60,562 bases of DNA, taken from an uncultured Oscillospiraceae bacterium. Its GTDB lineage: Bacteria > Bacillota > Clostridia > Oscillospirales > Ruminococcaceae. This document shows positions 37,694 to 45,126 of this stretch, one piece after another. Under the pieces are notes generated by a model that saw nothing but the letters and a program-made list of their open reading frames with translations, did not search any database and was not told the origin of the DNA. The position numbers and the translations under genes are program-made. The DNA lies in contig CAYIZZ010000001.1 of assembly GCA_964367945.1 (NCBI GenBank), positions 4,222 to 64,783 of the forward strand, read 5' to 3'. Each line of letters begins with the position of its first letter. Position 1 is the first letter of the stretch.

Positions 37694-38293
37694 ATGGCAA
37701 TTGTTGCAGCGCCGCTGGATACGCTGGCAGAGCAGTTTGCGCGGCTGAATGGTGTTGGCCGAAAAAGTGCCATGCGCATGGCGTATCAGGTGCTTGCGAT
37801 GGATAAAACCGAAGCTGAAGCGTTTTCTAAGGCTATTTTGGATGCACATGAGAAAATTCATCGTTGCAATGTGTGCCAAAACTTTACCGAGTTGGATATA
37901 TGTGATATATGCGGTAGCCCTGCACGGGATGACTCTATCATTTGTGTGGTAGAAAGTCCTAGGGATGTGTCGGCGTTTGAGCAAACACGGGAGTATAAAG
38001 GTAAATATCATGTGTTGCATGGGTTGATTTCGCCGGCGCAAGGTGTGGGTGCTGATCAACTTTGTGTGAAAGAATTACTTGCACGCTTAAAAGATGACTT
38101 GGTACAAGAGGTTATCATGGCCACAAATCCCACGGTTGAAGGCGAGGCTACTGCTTTGTATCTAGCTAGGCTGATAAAACCACTGGGCATCTCAACCACG
38201 AGATTAGCGTATGGAATTCCGGTGGGTAGCAGTCTTGAGTATGTGGATAATGTGACACTATATAAAGCACTTTCAGGCAGGGCAGAACTGTAG
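37694..38293 (+). CDS. recR: Recombination protein RecR
   Basis: It has the HhH region (LARLNGVGRKSAMRMAY), a C4 zinc finger (CNVCQNFTELDICDIC) and a Toprim domain (ICVVESPRDV). Confidence 0.95.
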   Translation: MAIVAAPLDTLAEQFARLNGVGRKSAMRMAYQVLAMDKTEAEAFSKAILDAHEKIHRCNVCQNFTELDICDICGSPARDDSIICVVESPRDVSAFEQTREYKGKYHVLHGLISPAQGVGADQLCVKELLARLKDDLVQEVIMATNPTVEGEATALYLARLIKPLGISTTRLAYGIPVGSSLEYVDNVTLYKALSGRAEL

Positions 38294-38383
38294 TGTGTAT
38301 TAAGCACAAATTGACTTTTTTTGGCAATTGTGATAGAATATTATACGTTGCAATAACAAAAACATTAAAAAGGGGGCAGGCGA

Positions 38384-38836
38384 ATGGCTGCAATCAAGAG
38401 TGTGGCGGCCAACCGTAAAGCCCGCCATGAGTACTATGTGATGGAAAGCATCGAGGCCGGTATCGAGCTTGTGGGTACCGAGGTGAAAAGTATCCGTCTT
38501 GGCAAGGTGAACTTGAAAGAATCGTGGGTGGATATCAAAGAAGGACAAGCATATGTAGTGGGAATGAATATATCGCCGTATGAAAAAGGTAATATATTTA
38601 ACCGAGATCCCGAGCGGACAAGAAAACTGCTTTTACATAAACGTGAAATTCGTAAACTTCAGCAAGATATAAAGATAAAGGGGCTTACTTTGATTCCTTT
38701 GTCGATGTATTTTAAAAATTCAAATGTCAAGCTGGAAATAGGTGTGTGTAAAGGTAAAAAACTTTACGACAAACGTGCGACTTCGGCCGAGAGGGATGCG
38801 AAACGTACTATGGATAGAGCGATGAAAACACGATAG
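38384..38836 (+). CDS. smpB: SsrA-binding protein SmpB
   Basis: It reads NRKARHEYYV.E..EAGIEL.GTEVKS.R and a C-terminal basic tail. tmRNA lies directly downstream. Confidence 0.95.
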   Translation: MAAIKSVAANRKARHEYYVMESIEAGIELVGTEVKSIRLGKVNLKESWVDIKEGQAYVVGMNISPYEKGNIFNRDPERTRKLLLHKREIRKLQQDIKIKGLTLIPLSMYFKNSNVKLEIGVCKGKKLYDKRATSAERDAKRTMDRAMKTR

Positions 38837-38878
38837 TATGATGATATAGGCAAAGCATGGCTTTGTGTATATAGATAT

Positions 38879-39246
38879 GGGGATGTAAAGGTTTCGACAG
38901 GGATAATGAAGCAATAGCAGCGGGTAGTGGTGGGGCCACACTAAAAACGCCTCAACAAAATAGTTAACAACACAGTTAATTTCCGCAGCAACCGTATGGT
39001 TGCTGTTGCCGCCTAATATAGGCCGGCCGTCCGACTTGCCCTACCGTGAGGTGAGACCCGGGCGTCATTGAAACGGTAAATGTGAACAGTCCTAAGCTTT
39101 GCAGGCTGTCATAAATTAATGAAGCTACCAATGCCTCGGCCTGATTATCGGCTTGTTGCAAAGGGAATGTTGTAGATAATCTGCACCCGGAGATACTCTT
39201 GTGGACTTGTTTTTGGACACGGGTTCGATTCCCGTCATCTCCACCA
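38879..39246 (+). ncRNA. ssrA: Transfer-messenger RNA (tmRNA)
   Basis: The 5' end is GGGGATGTAAAGGTTTCGACAGGG. The 3' tRNA-like end is GGACACGGGTTCGATTCCCGTCATCTCCACCA. The internal tag frame ends ..AACCGTATGGTTGCTGTTGCCGCCTAA (..NRMVAVAA stop, TAA at 39014-39016). Confidence 0.95.
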
Positions 39247-39319
39247 AAGTAGTATTATACAAACTTTTATATTTAAAAAATGGCTTTGCTATAACAGTTT
39301 TGCTATAATACAAACAAGA

Positions 39320-39356
39320 AAAGGACAGTTTTTACACTGTCCTTTTTATTTTTTAT
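39320..39356 (+). terminator. Terminator of ssrA
   Basis: A perfect 10-bp stem pairs aaaggacagt with actgtccttt. A T-rich run follows. Confidence 0.85.
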
Positions 39357-39502
39357 TCGGATTATATTTTGAGCGTGGTTAGTGTTAAACCATGCTATAC
39401 CATTAATGATACCCACAGGGTGTTTAATTTATATAAGGGTACCATAATAATTACAACATAATTACTATAGCAATCTTATAGTATTAGTTTTTTAGTAAAT
39501 GT

Positions 39503-40177
39503 TTATTCTGATTTTGGGGTTTCTCGGACATGTTGAAAATTAAATGTTGTGTCATTATCAGGTATAAAATCTATTGCATTATCGCCTTGGCTAATTCGGC
39601 CAGCGTTTAATAAATTTATTACTTGATTAGTGCTTATTTCTCCTCTATATCCCATTTCAGAGGGTAGTTTATGTGTGTGTTTAAACAAGTTGTCAATGGC
39701 AATACCCAAATCATCAAGGTATGTTTCTATACTTATGTATCTATTTGGCATACCCATTTTTTCTTGTTTTAGCCTATAATCATTAATTATATGTTGTTTA
39801 CCTTTATCTTTGCTATAAATTTGATGAAGTGCCTCCATTGTTCTAAAATTACCCTTGTTTTCAATTAAAAAATTTTTTAGCGCGTGGTCGGGCATTGCAT
39901 TACCTAACATCTTGCATTTCAAAAGAAAGTCTGTATCTATATTCTCATCATTAAAATGTGTAATAGCTGCCTGTACGAACTCAGTAGCTATATCATAATA
40001 ACCTTGCATGATAGAGTTATATTCGCTTGATAGAGCGTTTACAGTGCGATTTTTGTAGTCTTGGCTATAATCTTTGTTTGTGAGTACTTTTTCTGTCTTT
40101 GATCTGAATATTTTGGTTTCCTCTTGTTGCTTTGATAGTAGATCCGCTAATTCCGAAAATAATGGCTTTTTATACAT
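39503..40177 (-). CDS. Hypothetical protein (224 aa, predicted all-helical), island cargo
   Basis: The ATG lies 9 nt after GGAGG. It overlaps the stop of the upstream gene by 8 nt (ATGTATAA). I recognise no motif. Confidence 0.65.
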   Translation of the reverse strand: MYKKPLFSELADLLSKQQEETKIFRSKTEKVLTNKDYSQDYKNRTVNALSSEYNSIMQGYYDIATEFVQAAITHFNDENIDTDFLLKCKMLGNAMPDHALKNFLIENKGNFRTMEALHQIYSKDKGKQHIINDYRLKQEKMGMPNRYISIETYLDDLGIAIDNLFKHTHKLPSEMGYRGEISTNQVINLLNAGRISQGDNAIDFIPDNDTTFNFQHVRETPKSE

Positions 40178-40469
40178 TGAAATATTCCTCCTGCAAGTTT
40201 TTTTGAAGTTCTTCTAACATTTTCAATGTGCTATTAGAGCGGTTTTTTTCTTGTTTGATAAAACGATGTAATTCCAATTCATTTTTTGCGATATAGAGAC
40301 CGAATGGAGCGGTTGCACTGCCTATTATTGGGTATCCTTCCAATCGTAATGTAGTTACAAGCTGATTTACTGCGCGTTTATCAAGGTTCAATAATCTTGA
40401 TATTTCCGTTGATGTTTTAGCACCTTCGTGCCCTACAGATAGAACTGATAATAATTTTTTTTGCAACAT
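40170..40469 (-). CDS. Small winged-helix / HTH DNA-binding protein (99 aa)
   Basis: I prefer the ATG at 40469, 7 nt after AGAGG. AKTSTEISRLLNLDKRAVNQLVTTLRLEGYPI looks like a wHTH recognition unit. Confidence 0.6.
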   Translation of the reverse strand: MLQKKLLSVLSVGHEGAKTSTEISRLLNLDKRAVNQLVTTLRLEGYPIIGSATAPFGLYIAKNELELHRFIKQEKNRSNSTLKMLEELQKNLQEEYFNV

Positions 40470-40514
40470 TATCATACCTCTTTTATAAGTTATTGTATTT
40501 TGGCTGTATGCTTT

Positions 40515-40642
40515 CACATACAAGATGGTAGTAAATCTTGTATGTTTTTACATATAAGATGGCTGATATTAAAAACTGCCTTATATGTTTTTGTATATAC
40601 TTCTTCGTATTCACGTGCAATGTGCCTTATATGTTTTTGCAT
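40515..40642. repeat. Iteron/operator-like repeat array
   Basis: There are three direct copies of CTT(G/A)TATGTTTTT(A/G)(C/T)A, at 40537-40552, 40580-40595 and 40626-40641. There are two inverted half-sites: ACATACAAGATGG at 40516-40528 and ACATATAAGATGG at 40550-40562. ACATACAAGAT (40517-40527) pairs perfectly with ATCTTGTATGT (40535-40545). Confidence 0.8.
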
Positions 40643-40668
40643 ACAGGATTATAAAGTTTACCATATAC

Positions 40669-41139
40669 TCATACTTTTTTATTTTGCACGCTATGGGATT
40701 TTGACAAGGGATAGTTCATTTCATTAGGCAGGATTTCAAATTCTTGGGTATTGTATTTCTGCCATTTTGAGCTAAACTTATAAATGTTTTTGGTTCTGGT
40801 TGTTTTTCCACTTTCGAGGCAAATAATAAATCCGTGTGATATTAGTGAGGTTACATCTTTATAAAATCTATTTTCTGAACCCCTGGCATACAATTTATAA
40901 ATGTTTTGCCATAATGCACGGTTGAAATAAAACTTTGTAATGTCTTCTTTGTCAACCGCTCTCTTGCCTGATTGTCCGTAATATTGTAATTTCATATACA
41001 GATACAAGTTTTGCTGTTTTGTGGATAAATCTTGCCATGCCTCACTCAAAATCATGCTCATATATATATTAGACGAAACATCGTTTGTAGTTCCTGTGCT
41101 TTCAAAACTTTTCTTTTGATATGCTTTCTTTTTAGACAA
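40669..41139 (-). CDS. Hypothetical protein (about 156 aa), possibly a DNA-binding or replication-type protein
   Basis: The ORF lies directly upstream of the repeat array. I prefer the TTG at 41139, 8 nt after AGGAG. The GTG at 41145 abuts the SD. I recognise no confident family. Confidence 0.55.
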   Translation of the reverse strand: MSKKKAYQKKSFESTGTTNDVSSNIYMSMILSEAWQDLSTKQQNLYLYMKLQYYGQSGKRAVDKEDITKFYFNRALWQNIYKLYARGSENRFYKDVTSLISHGFIICLESGKTTRTKNIYKFSSKWQKYNTQEFEILPNEMNYPLSKSHSVQNKKV

Positions 41140-41343
41140 AATCACCTCTCCTTAATCTAAAATATACTATTTGTATAACACATCCCCGTGAAACGCGTTT
41201 AAATAGCATTTAACGCGGTTTTAGACTACTTGAAGTATAATCACTATACTGGGGTATAAAACGTAATATAGCGGTGATAAAGGCGGTATATGGCTACCCT
41301 TGTGTTTTTGTATCATAGATTTACTCCTAAACTTAGCTAATGT

Positions 41344-41478
41344 TCACGCTACTGCCTCTCTTTCATATTCTTTTAAAAATGCGTGGTATTCTTCTTGGTG
41401 TGTAGCAATGTACTCTGCTATATATGGCTGAATTTCAATAGCAAAGGCTTTAGCTTGGCTTTTTGAAATTTCAATCAT
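41344..41478 (-). CDS. Small ORF (44 aa), translationally coupled, not in the ORF track
   Basis: Its start forms an ATGA overlap with the stop of the upstream HTH gene, and AAAGGAGG lies 7 nt before the ATG. The translation is MIEISKSQAKAFAIEIQPYIAEYIATHQEEYHAFLKEYEREAVA. Confidence 0.5.
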   Translation of the reverse strand: MIEISKSQAKAFAIEIQPYIAEYIATHQEEYHAFLKEYEREAVA

Positions 41479-41660
41479 ATACAAGCCTCCTTTGAAACAA
41501 GCCTATCAATAGCAGATAATATTTGCTCTTTTCTTTCGCTTGTTAGTTCTTCCCTTATCCATTTACAAAAAGTATACTCTGAAATACCTAACTCGCTTGC
41601 TATTTCATAATGTCGCAATCTGTTATCTTTAATCTTTAATCTGATTTCTATATTTGCCAT
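41475..41660 (-). CDS. Small HTH transcriptional regulator (61 aa)
   Basis: The ATG at 41660 lies 8 nt after GGAGG. RHYEIASELGISEYTFCKWIRE is an HTH. It is transcribed divergently from the recombinase operon. Confidence 0.65.
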   Translation of the reverse strand: MANIEIRLKIKDNRLRHYEIASELGISEYTFCKWIREELTSERKEQILSAIDRLVSKEACI

Positions 41661-41680
41661 AATAGCAACCTCCATAATTA

Positions 41681-41710
41681 TTAATTAAGGTTGTCGACTT
41701 CCTTAATTAA
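41681..41710. promoter_or_regulatory. Near-perfect 30-bp palindrome (candidate operator) in the divergent control region
   Basis: The sequence is TTAATTAAGG-ttGTCGACtt-CCTTAATTAA. It has perfect 10-bp arms around a central GTCGAC. Confidence 0.7.
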
Positions 41711-41731
41711 ATGATACAACAAAAATAGTAC

Positions 41732-41760
41732 TTGTTTTTATAAAGTTTATGCGTTATAAT
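41732..41760 (+). promoter_or_regulatory. Candidate promoter of the recombinase operon
   Basis: TTGTTT (41732-41737), a 17-nt spacer, then a consensus TATAAT (41755-41760). Confidence 0.55.
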
Positions 41761-41801
41761 TTAAATTGAAAGTATTAAACTTTTACGAGAGGGTGAATAA
41801 T

Positions 41802-42815
41802 ATGGCTATTAGCCAAAAAAAAGCTACAATAAAAGGCAATAAAGTTGTTTTTGAGGATATTGATGTATTCCAATATAAGATAGATTTTTATAATAACACT
41901 GGAGATATTTGCTTATATAAATTAGATAAAAAATCTAATTTACTAAATGATTTTACAAGTTGTAGTGATACAATAAAAATTGACATTGAAAATCATTTTA
42001 ATGCTCTTTTAGATATTGTTTCAGAGTATTACTTTATGTTAGAGGAAAAGGAGGAGAAAAGCGAAATTATAAATAAGTTTAATTCTTTCGCTACATTATT
42101 TATAAATGAAATTGGGGAAAAACAACGAGGACTAAATATTGATTTATGTCAAGAATTTTCAATTATTATTTCAATATTAAATGACTATAATGATTTATCA
42201 CTATACGAGTATGAAAAGTTAATTGCATTTAATCATTTTAATATTAATTACGAAAGAGAGCCCTTTGTTGATTATGAACAGTATGAGCCTAATTGGGCTG
42301 TAAAAGAATATACCAATGATATTGAGTATGCAAATTTATGCTATGAAGATAGTAAGGTGTTTTTAAATGATAATTCCGATATTTTTATTAATGTAGATAG
42401 ATACACCTGTACATCTATATCTGAAATGATTTTAGCTTTCTTACATTATTTTAAATTAAACAAATACAAGTTGGCTTTTTGCAAACACTGTGAAAAAGTA
42501 TTTTTTACAAAAACATTAAAGAAGAATTATTGTGATAGAAATAGTCCATTAAAAGGTTACGAGGATAAGGATTGTTATAAGGCACGTAAAACAGCATGGA
42601 ATGCTTTATTAAAAAGAAAAACCACTTTGGATGCAAGATTGAAAAATCACACTAAATATAGAGAAGAATTTGATTTTGATGAAAAATTGGGCAAATACGA
42701 GAGCAATATAAGCGACAATCCTACGCCTAAAAATTTACAAGCATATTATGATTTTCTTTATTATGACTGTGAAACTATATACAAAAAATACGAAAGGGTG
42801 AATAAATATAAATGA
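41802..42815 (+). CDS. Hypothetical protein with a C-terminal Cys cluster (zinc-ribbon-like), coupled to the recombinase
   Basis: The ATG at 41802 lies 8 nt after GAGGG. It reads CKHCEKVFF..(13)..YCDRN..(11)..DCYKARK. Its stop overlaps the recombinase start (ATGA at 42812-42815). Confidence 0.65.
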   Translation: MAISQKKATIKGNKVVFEDIDVFQYKIDFYNNTGDICLYKLDKKSNLLNDFTSCSDTIKIDIENHFNALLDIVSEYYFMLEEKEEKSEIINKFNSFATLFINEIGEKQRGLNIDLCQEFSIIISILNDYNDLSLYEYEKLIAFNHFNINYEREPFVDYEQYEPNWAVKEYTNDIEYANLCYEDSKVFLNDNSDIFINVDRYTCTSISEMILAFLHYFKLNKYKLAFCKHCEKVFFTKTLKKNYCDRNSPLKGYEDKDCYKARKTAWNALLKRKTTLDARLKNHTKYREEFDFDEKLGKYESNISDNPTPKNLQAYYDFLYYDCETIYKKYERVNKYK

Positions 42816-44374
42816 ATGTTGTAATATACGCAAGGTTTTCAAGTCATAGCCAAAATGAGCAATCTATCGAGGGTCAATTAAAGACTTGTTATGATTTTGC
42901 ACAAAAACAAGGTTATGTTATTTTAGATGAATATATCGACCGTGCTTTAAGTGGTACTACCGACAACCGCCCACAATTCTTGAAAATGATTGATGATAGC
43001 AATAAAAAGCACTTTGAGGGTGTTTTAGTATATCAGCTTGATAGGTTTGCACGTAATCGCTACGATAGTGCTACATATAAGGCGAAATTAAAGAAAAATG
43101 GTGTCCGTGTATTATCTGCAAGGGAAAATATAACTGATGACGCAAGCGGTATTTTAGTAGAGGGCTTGCTTGAAAGTATGGCTGAATATTATTCCGTTGA
43201 ATTATCACAAAAGATGAGGCGAGGAATGGACTTGAATGCCGAAAAATGCCTTTGTACTGGTGGGGGACGTGCCTTAGGGTTTAAGATTGTAGATAGACAT
43301 TTTTTTATTGATGAAGACACTGCGCCAATAGTGCAAGAAATTTTTCGAAAGTATGCAAGCGGTCAAACAGTAACAGAAATATGTGAAAGCTTAAATGCGA
43401 GAGGTTTGAAAACTTCTACGGGCTCAAAATTTAATAAAAACTCACTTAGAATAATGCTTAAAAACAAACGCTATATAGGTATATATACTTACAAAGGTAA
43501 CGAGACTCCTGGTGGAATGCCACGTATAATTGATGATGAACTGTTTTATAAAGTACAAGATATTATGAGTAAAAATAAAAAAGCTCCTGCAAGAGCAAGA
43601 GCTAAATGTGATTATTTACTTACAACAAAGTTGTTTTGCGGTCATTGTAAAGAAATGATGATAGGTATTAGCGGAACATCGCAATCTGCTGGTAAAATAC
43701 ATAATTACTATATATGTAAGAGTGCAAGGCAAAAATTATGTAATAAAAAAATGGTGCGTAAAAAATATATAGAGGATATTGTTATCGAGCATTGTCGGAA
43801 TATACTTACTAAAGAAAATATACAGAAAATAGCTATCGAAGTAGTGGCGTTGTGTGAACGTGAACAAGATAACACTAATTTCAATAGGTTGCAAAAACTT
43901 ATGAAAGAAAATATGCGTAAACATAATAATTTAATGTCTGCTATTATGGAATGCGATATGGAAAGTGTTCGTAAGTCGCTATATGTACAAGTACCTATTA
44001 TAGAAGAAGATAAGAAAGAGCTCGAAAGACAAATAGCTCTTGAAAAAGCTGGACAAGTACACCTCACAGTATCAGAAATAAAGTTTTTCTTAAAACAATT
44101 ACAAAAGGGCGATATAAACGACATACAATACCGTAAAACTTTAATAAACATTTTTGTGAATAGTATCTTCTTATATGACGATAAGATAACTATTATATTT
44201 AATTCGGGCAATAAGCCAGTTACCGTCAATAGTGATTTGCTTTCAAAGTTAGAGTCGGAAAATGACAAGGGAGAAAAGTTTGTTTATAACACACTCACCC
44301 CCACCAATAGCACAAAATCCGAACCACTTCTTTACGATGGGAGAAGTGTTCGGATTCTTGCTTTACCTGAATGA
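42812..44374 (+). CDS. Large serine recombinase (resolvase/invertase catalytic domain, recombinase domain, zinc-ribbon, coiled coil)
   Basis: The N-terminus is VVIYARFSSHSQNEQSIEGQ..YIDRALSGTTDNRPQF..LVYQLDRFARN, with the catalytic Ser in the ARFSS motif. The zinc-ribbon reads CGHC..(23)..CKSARQKLC. Length is 520 aa. Confidence 0.9.
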   Translation: MNVVIYARFSSHSQNEQSIEGQLKTCYDFAQKQGYVILDEYIDRALSGTTDNRPQFLKMIDDSNKKHFEGVLVYQLDRFARNRYDSATYKAKLKKNGVRVLSARENITDDASGILVEGLLESMAEYYSVELSQKMRRGMDLNAEKCLCTGGGRALGFKIVDRHFFIDEDTAPIVQEIFRKYASGQTVTEICESLNARGLKTSTGSKFNKNSLRIMLKNKRYIGIYTYKGNETPGGMPRIIDDELFYKVQDIMSKNKKAPARARAKCDYLLTTKLFCGHCKEMMIGISGTSQSAGKIHNYYICKSARQKLCNKKMVRKKYIEDIVIEHCRNILTKENIQKIAIEVVALCEREQDNTNFNRLQKLMKENMRKHNNLMSAIMECDMESVRKSLYVQVPIIEEDKKELERQIALEKAGQVHLTVSEIKFFLKQLQKGDINDIQYRKTLINIFVNSIFLYDDKITIIFNSGNKPVTVNSDLLSKLESENDKGEKFVYNTLTPTNSTKSEPLLYDGRSVRILALPE

Positions 44375-44377
44375 AGT

Positions 44378-44420
44378 ATAAGTAAATATCCACCGGCTTA
44401 GCCGGTGGATATTTACTTAT
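44378..44420. repeat. Perfect 20-bp-stem palindrome directly after the recombinase stop (terminator and/or recombination-related site)
   Basis: The sequence is ataagtaaatatccaccggc-tta-gccggtggatatttacttat. Its 26-nt core recurs at 58675-58698. Confidence 0.85.
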
Positions 44421-44434
44421 TGTCAAATTTTTAA

Positions 44435-44466
44435 AATAGTATAGCAACTTTCGTTACTATACTATT
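44435..44466. repeat. Second perfect hairpin at the right edge of the island
   Basis: The sequence is aatagtatag-caactttcgtta-ctatactatt. It shares tatagcaa..ctt with the left edge (39466-39477). Confidence 0.7.
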
Positions 44467-44538
44467 AAAGCCTAATTTTTTATAGTCATATTACTGTGTG
44501 AAAAAATCTTTTGATGTTTTAAATTCACGGAAAGATTT

Positions 44539-45108
44539 TCACAACAACTCAGGGTGATTTTTTATATAATATACAATCATATGTAAAAAAATCAAATGCA
44601 TATCTTCTATTTGCTCGTAAGATTCTAATCGAGCAATTAAGTTCGCGTCAGCAAAATCTTTGACTTTTCCACCCTCAAAGCCCGACAAGGAAACGATACG
44701 TGCATTTTTTGTTTTTGCATATTCGCAAGCTTTTATTAGATCAGGCGAGTTTCCGCTTGCGCTTATAGATATAAGCACATCTTCGTCATTCATCAAGTTG
44801 ATCAATTGTTGCCTGAAGATTTGGTCAAAAGCAAAATCGTTTCCCAGCGCGGTCATTTTTTCTATATTATCGCAAACAGATATAATACGGAATCTTCTTT
44901 TTCCTTCTTGCAGCACGGCGTTTTTGCCAAAATCGCAAACAAAATGGTTTGCCGATGCGGCGCTGCCACCGTTACCCATGATGAAAACTTGCTTATCGTT
45001 TTTATATGCTTCCACCAGCGTGTTAATAACTTTTTCAAATTCGCCCGCATCAATTTTATCCAAAGAATCTTTTATCGTGTTGCTGTAATTAGTTAGGTAA
45101 GTGTTCAT
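44539..45108 (-). CDS. SIS-domain sugar-phosphate isomerase, GmhA (phosphoheptose isomerase)-like
   Basis: It is 189 aa and reads VFIMGNGGSAASANHFVCDFGK.. and LISISASGNSPDLIKA.., a GmhA/DiaA-type SIS pattern. Confidence 0.75.
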   Translation of the reverse strand: MNTYLTNYSNTIKDSLDKIDAGEFEKVINTLVEAYKNDKQVFIMGNGGSAASANHFVCDFGKNAVLQEGKRRFRIISVCDNIEKMTALGNDFAFDQIFRQQLINLMNDEDVLISISASGNSPDLIKACEYAKTKNARIVSLSGFEGGKVKDFADANLIARLESYEQIEDMHLIFLHMIVYYIKNHPELL

Positions 45109-45126
45109 AAGTTTACTATTTCCTTT

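Larger units (their letters stand above)
39460..44470. mobile_element. AT-rich integrated element of about 5 kb with a large serine recombinase, sitting next to ssrA; boundaries tentative
   Basis: The sequence turns visibly more AT-rich after the ssrA terminator. The gene content is a recombinase, HTH regulators and unknown proteins. Similar imperfect sequences occur at both edges: tatagcaatctt..tagtatta..tttttta at 39466-39495, and tatagcaacttt..tactatta..tttttta at 44440-44490. Confidence 0.55.

Noticed and set aside
38976-39313. Two minus-strand ORFs (61 and 62 aa) downstream of smpB
   Set aside because: Both lie inside or across the tmRNA gene and its terminator, so they are spurious.
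40515-40642. The repeat array, considered as a possible CRISPR or minisatellite
   Set aside because: The repeats are only about 16 nt long, number just three direct copies plus inverted copies, and have irregular spacing with no unique spacers of constant length. No cas genes are present. An iteron or operator reading fits better.
41344-41660. The small HTH gene plus the coupled 44-aa ORF, considered as a type II toxin-antitoxin pair
   Set aside because: The order and sizes are compatible, but neither peptide shows a motif of any toxin family I recognise. The pair also sits at the head of a longer operon. I therefore kept it only as a regulatory module.
43708-44268. 186-aa minus-strand ORF inside the serine recombinase gene
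   Set aside because: It is an AT-rich shadow frame (Ser/Ile/Phe/Leu-rich). It has no SD and lies fully within a confident CDS.
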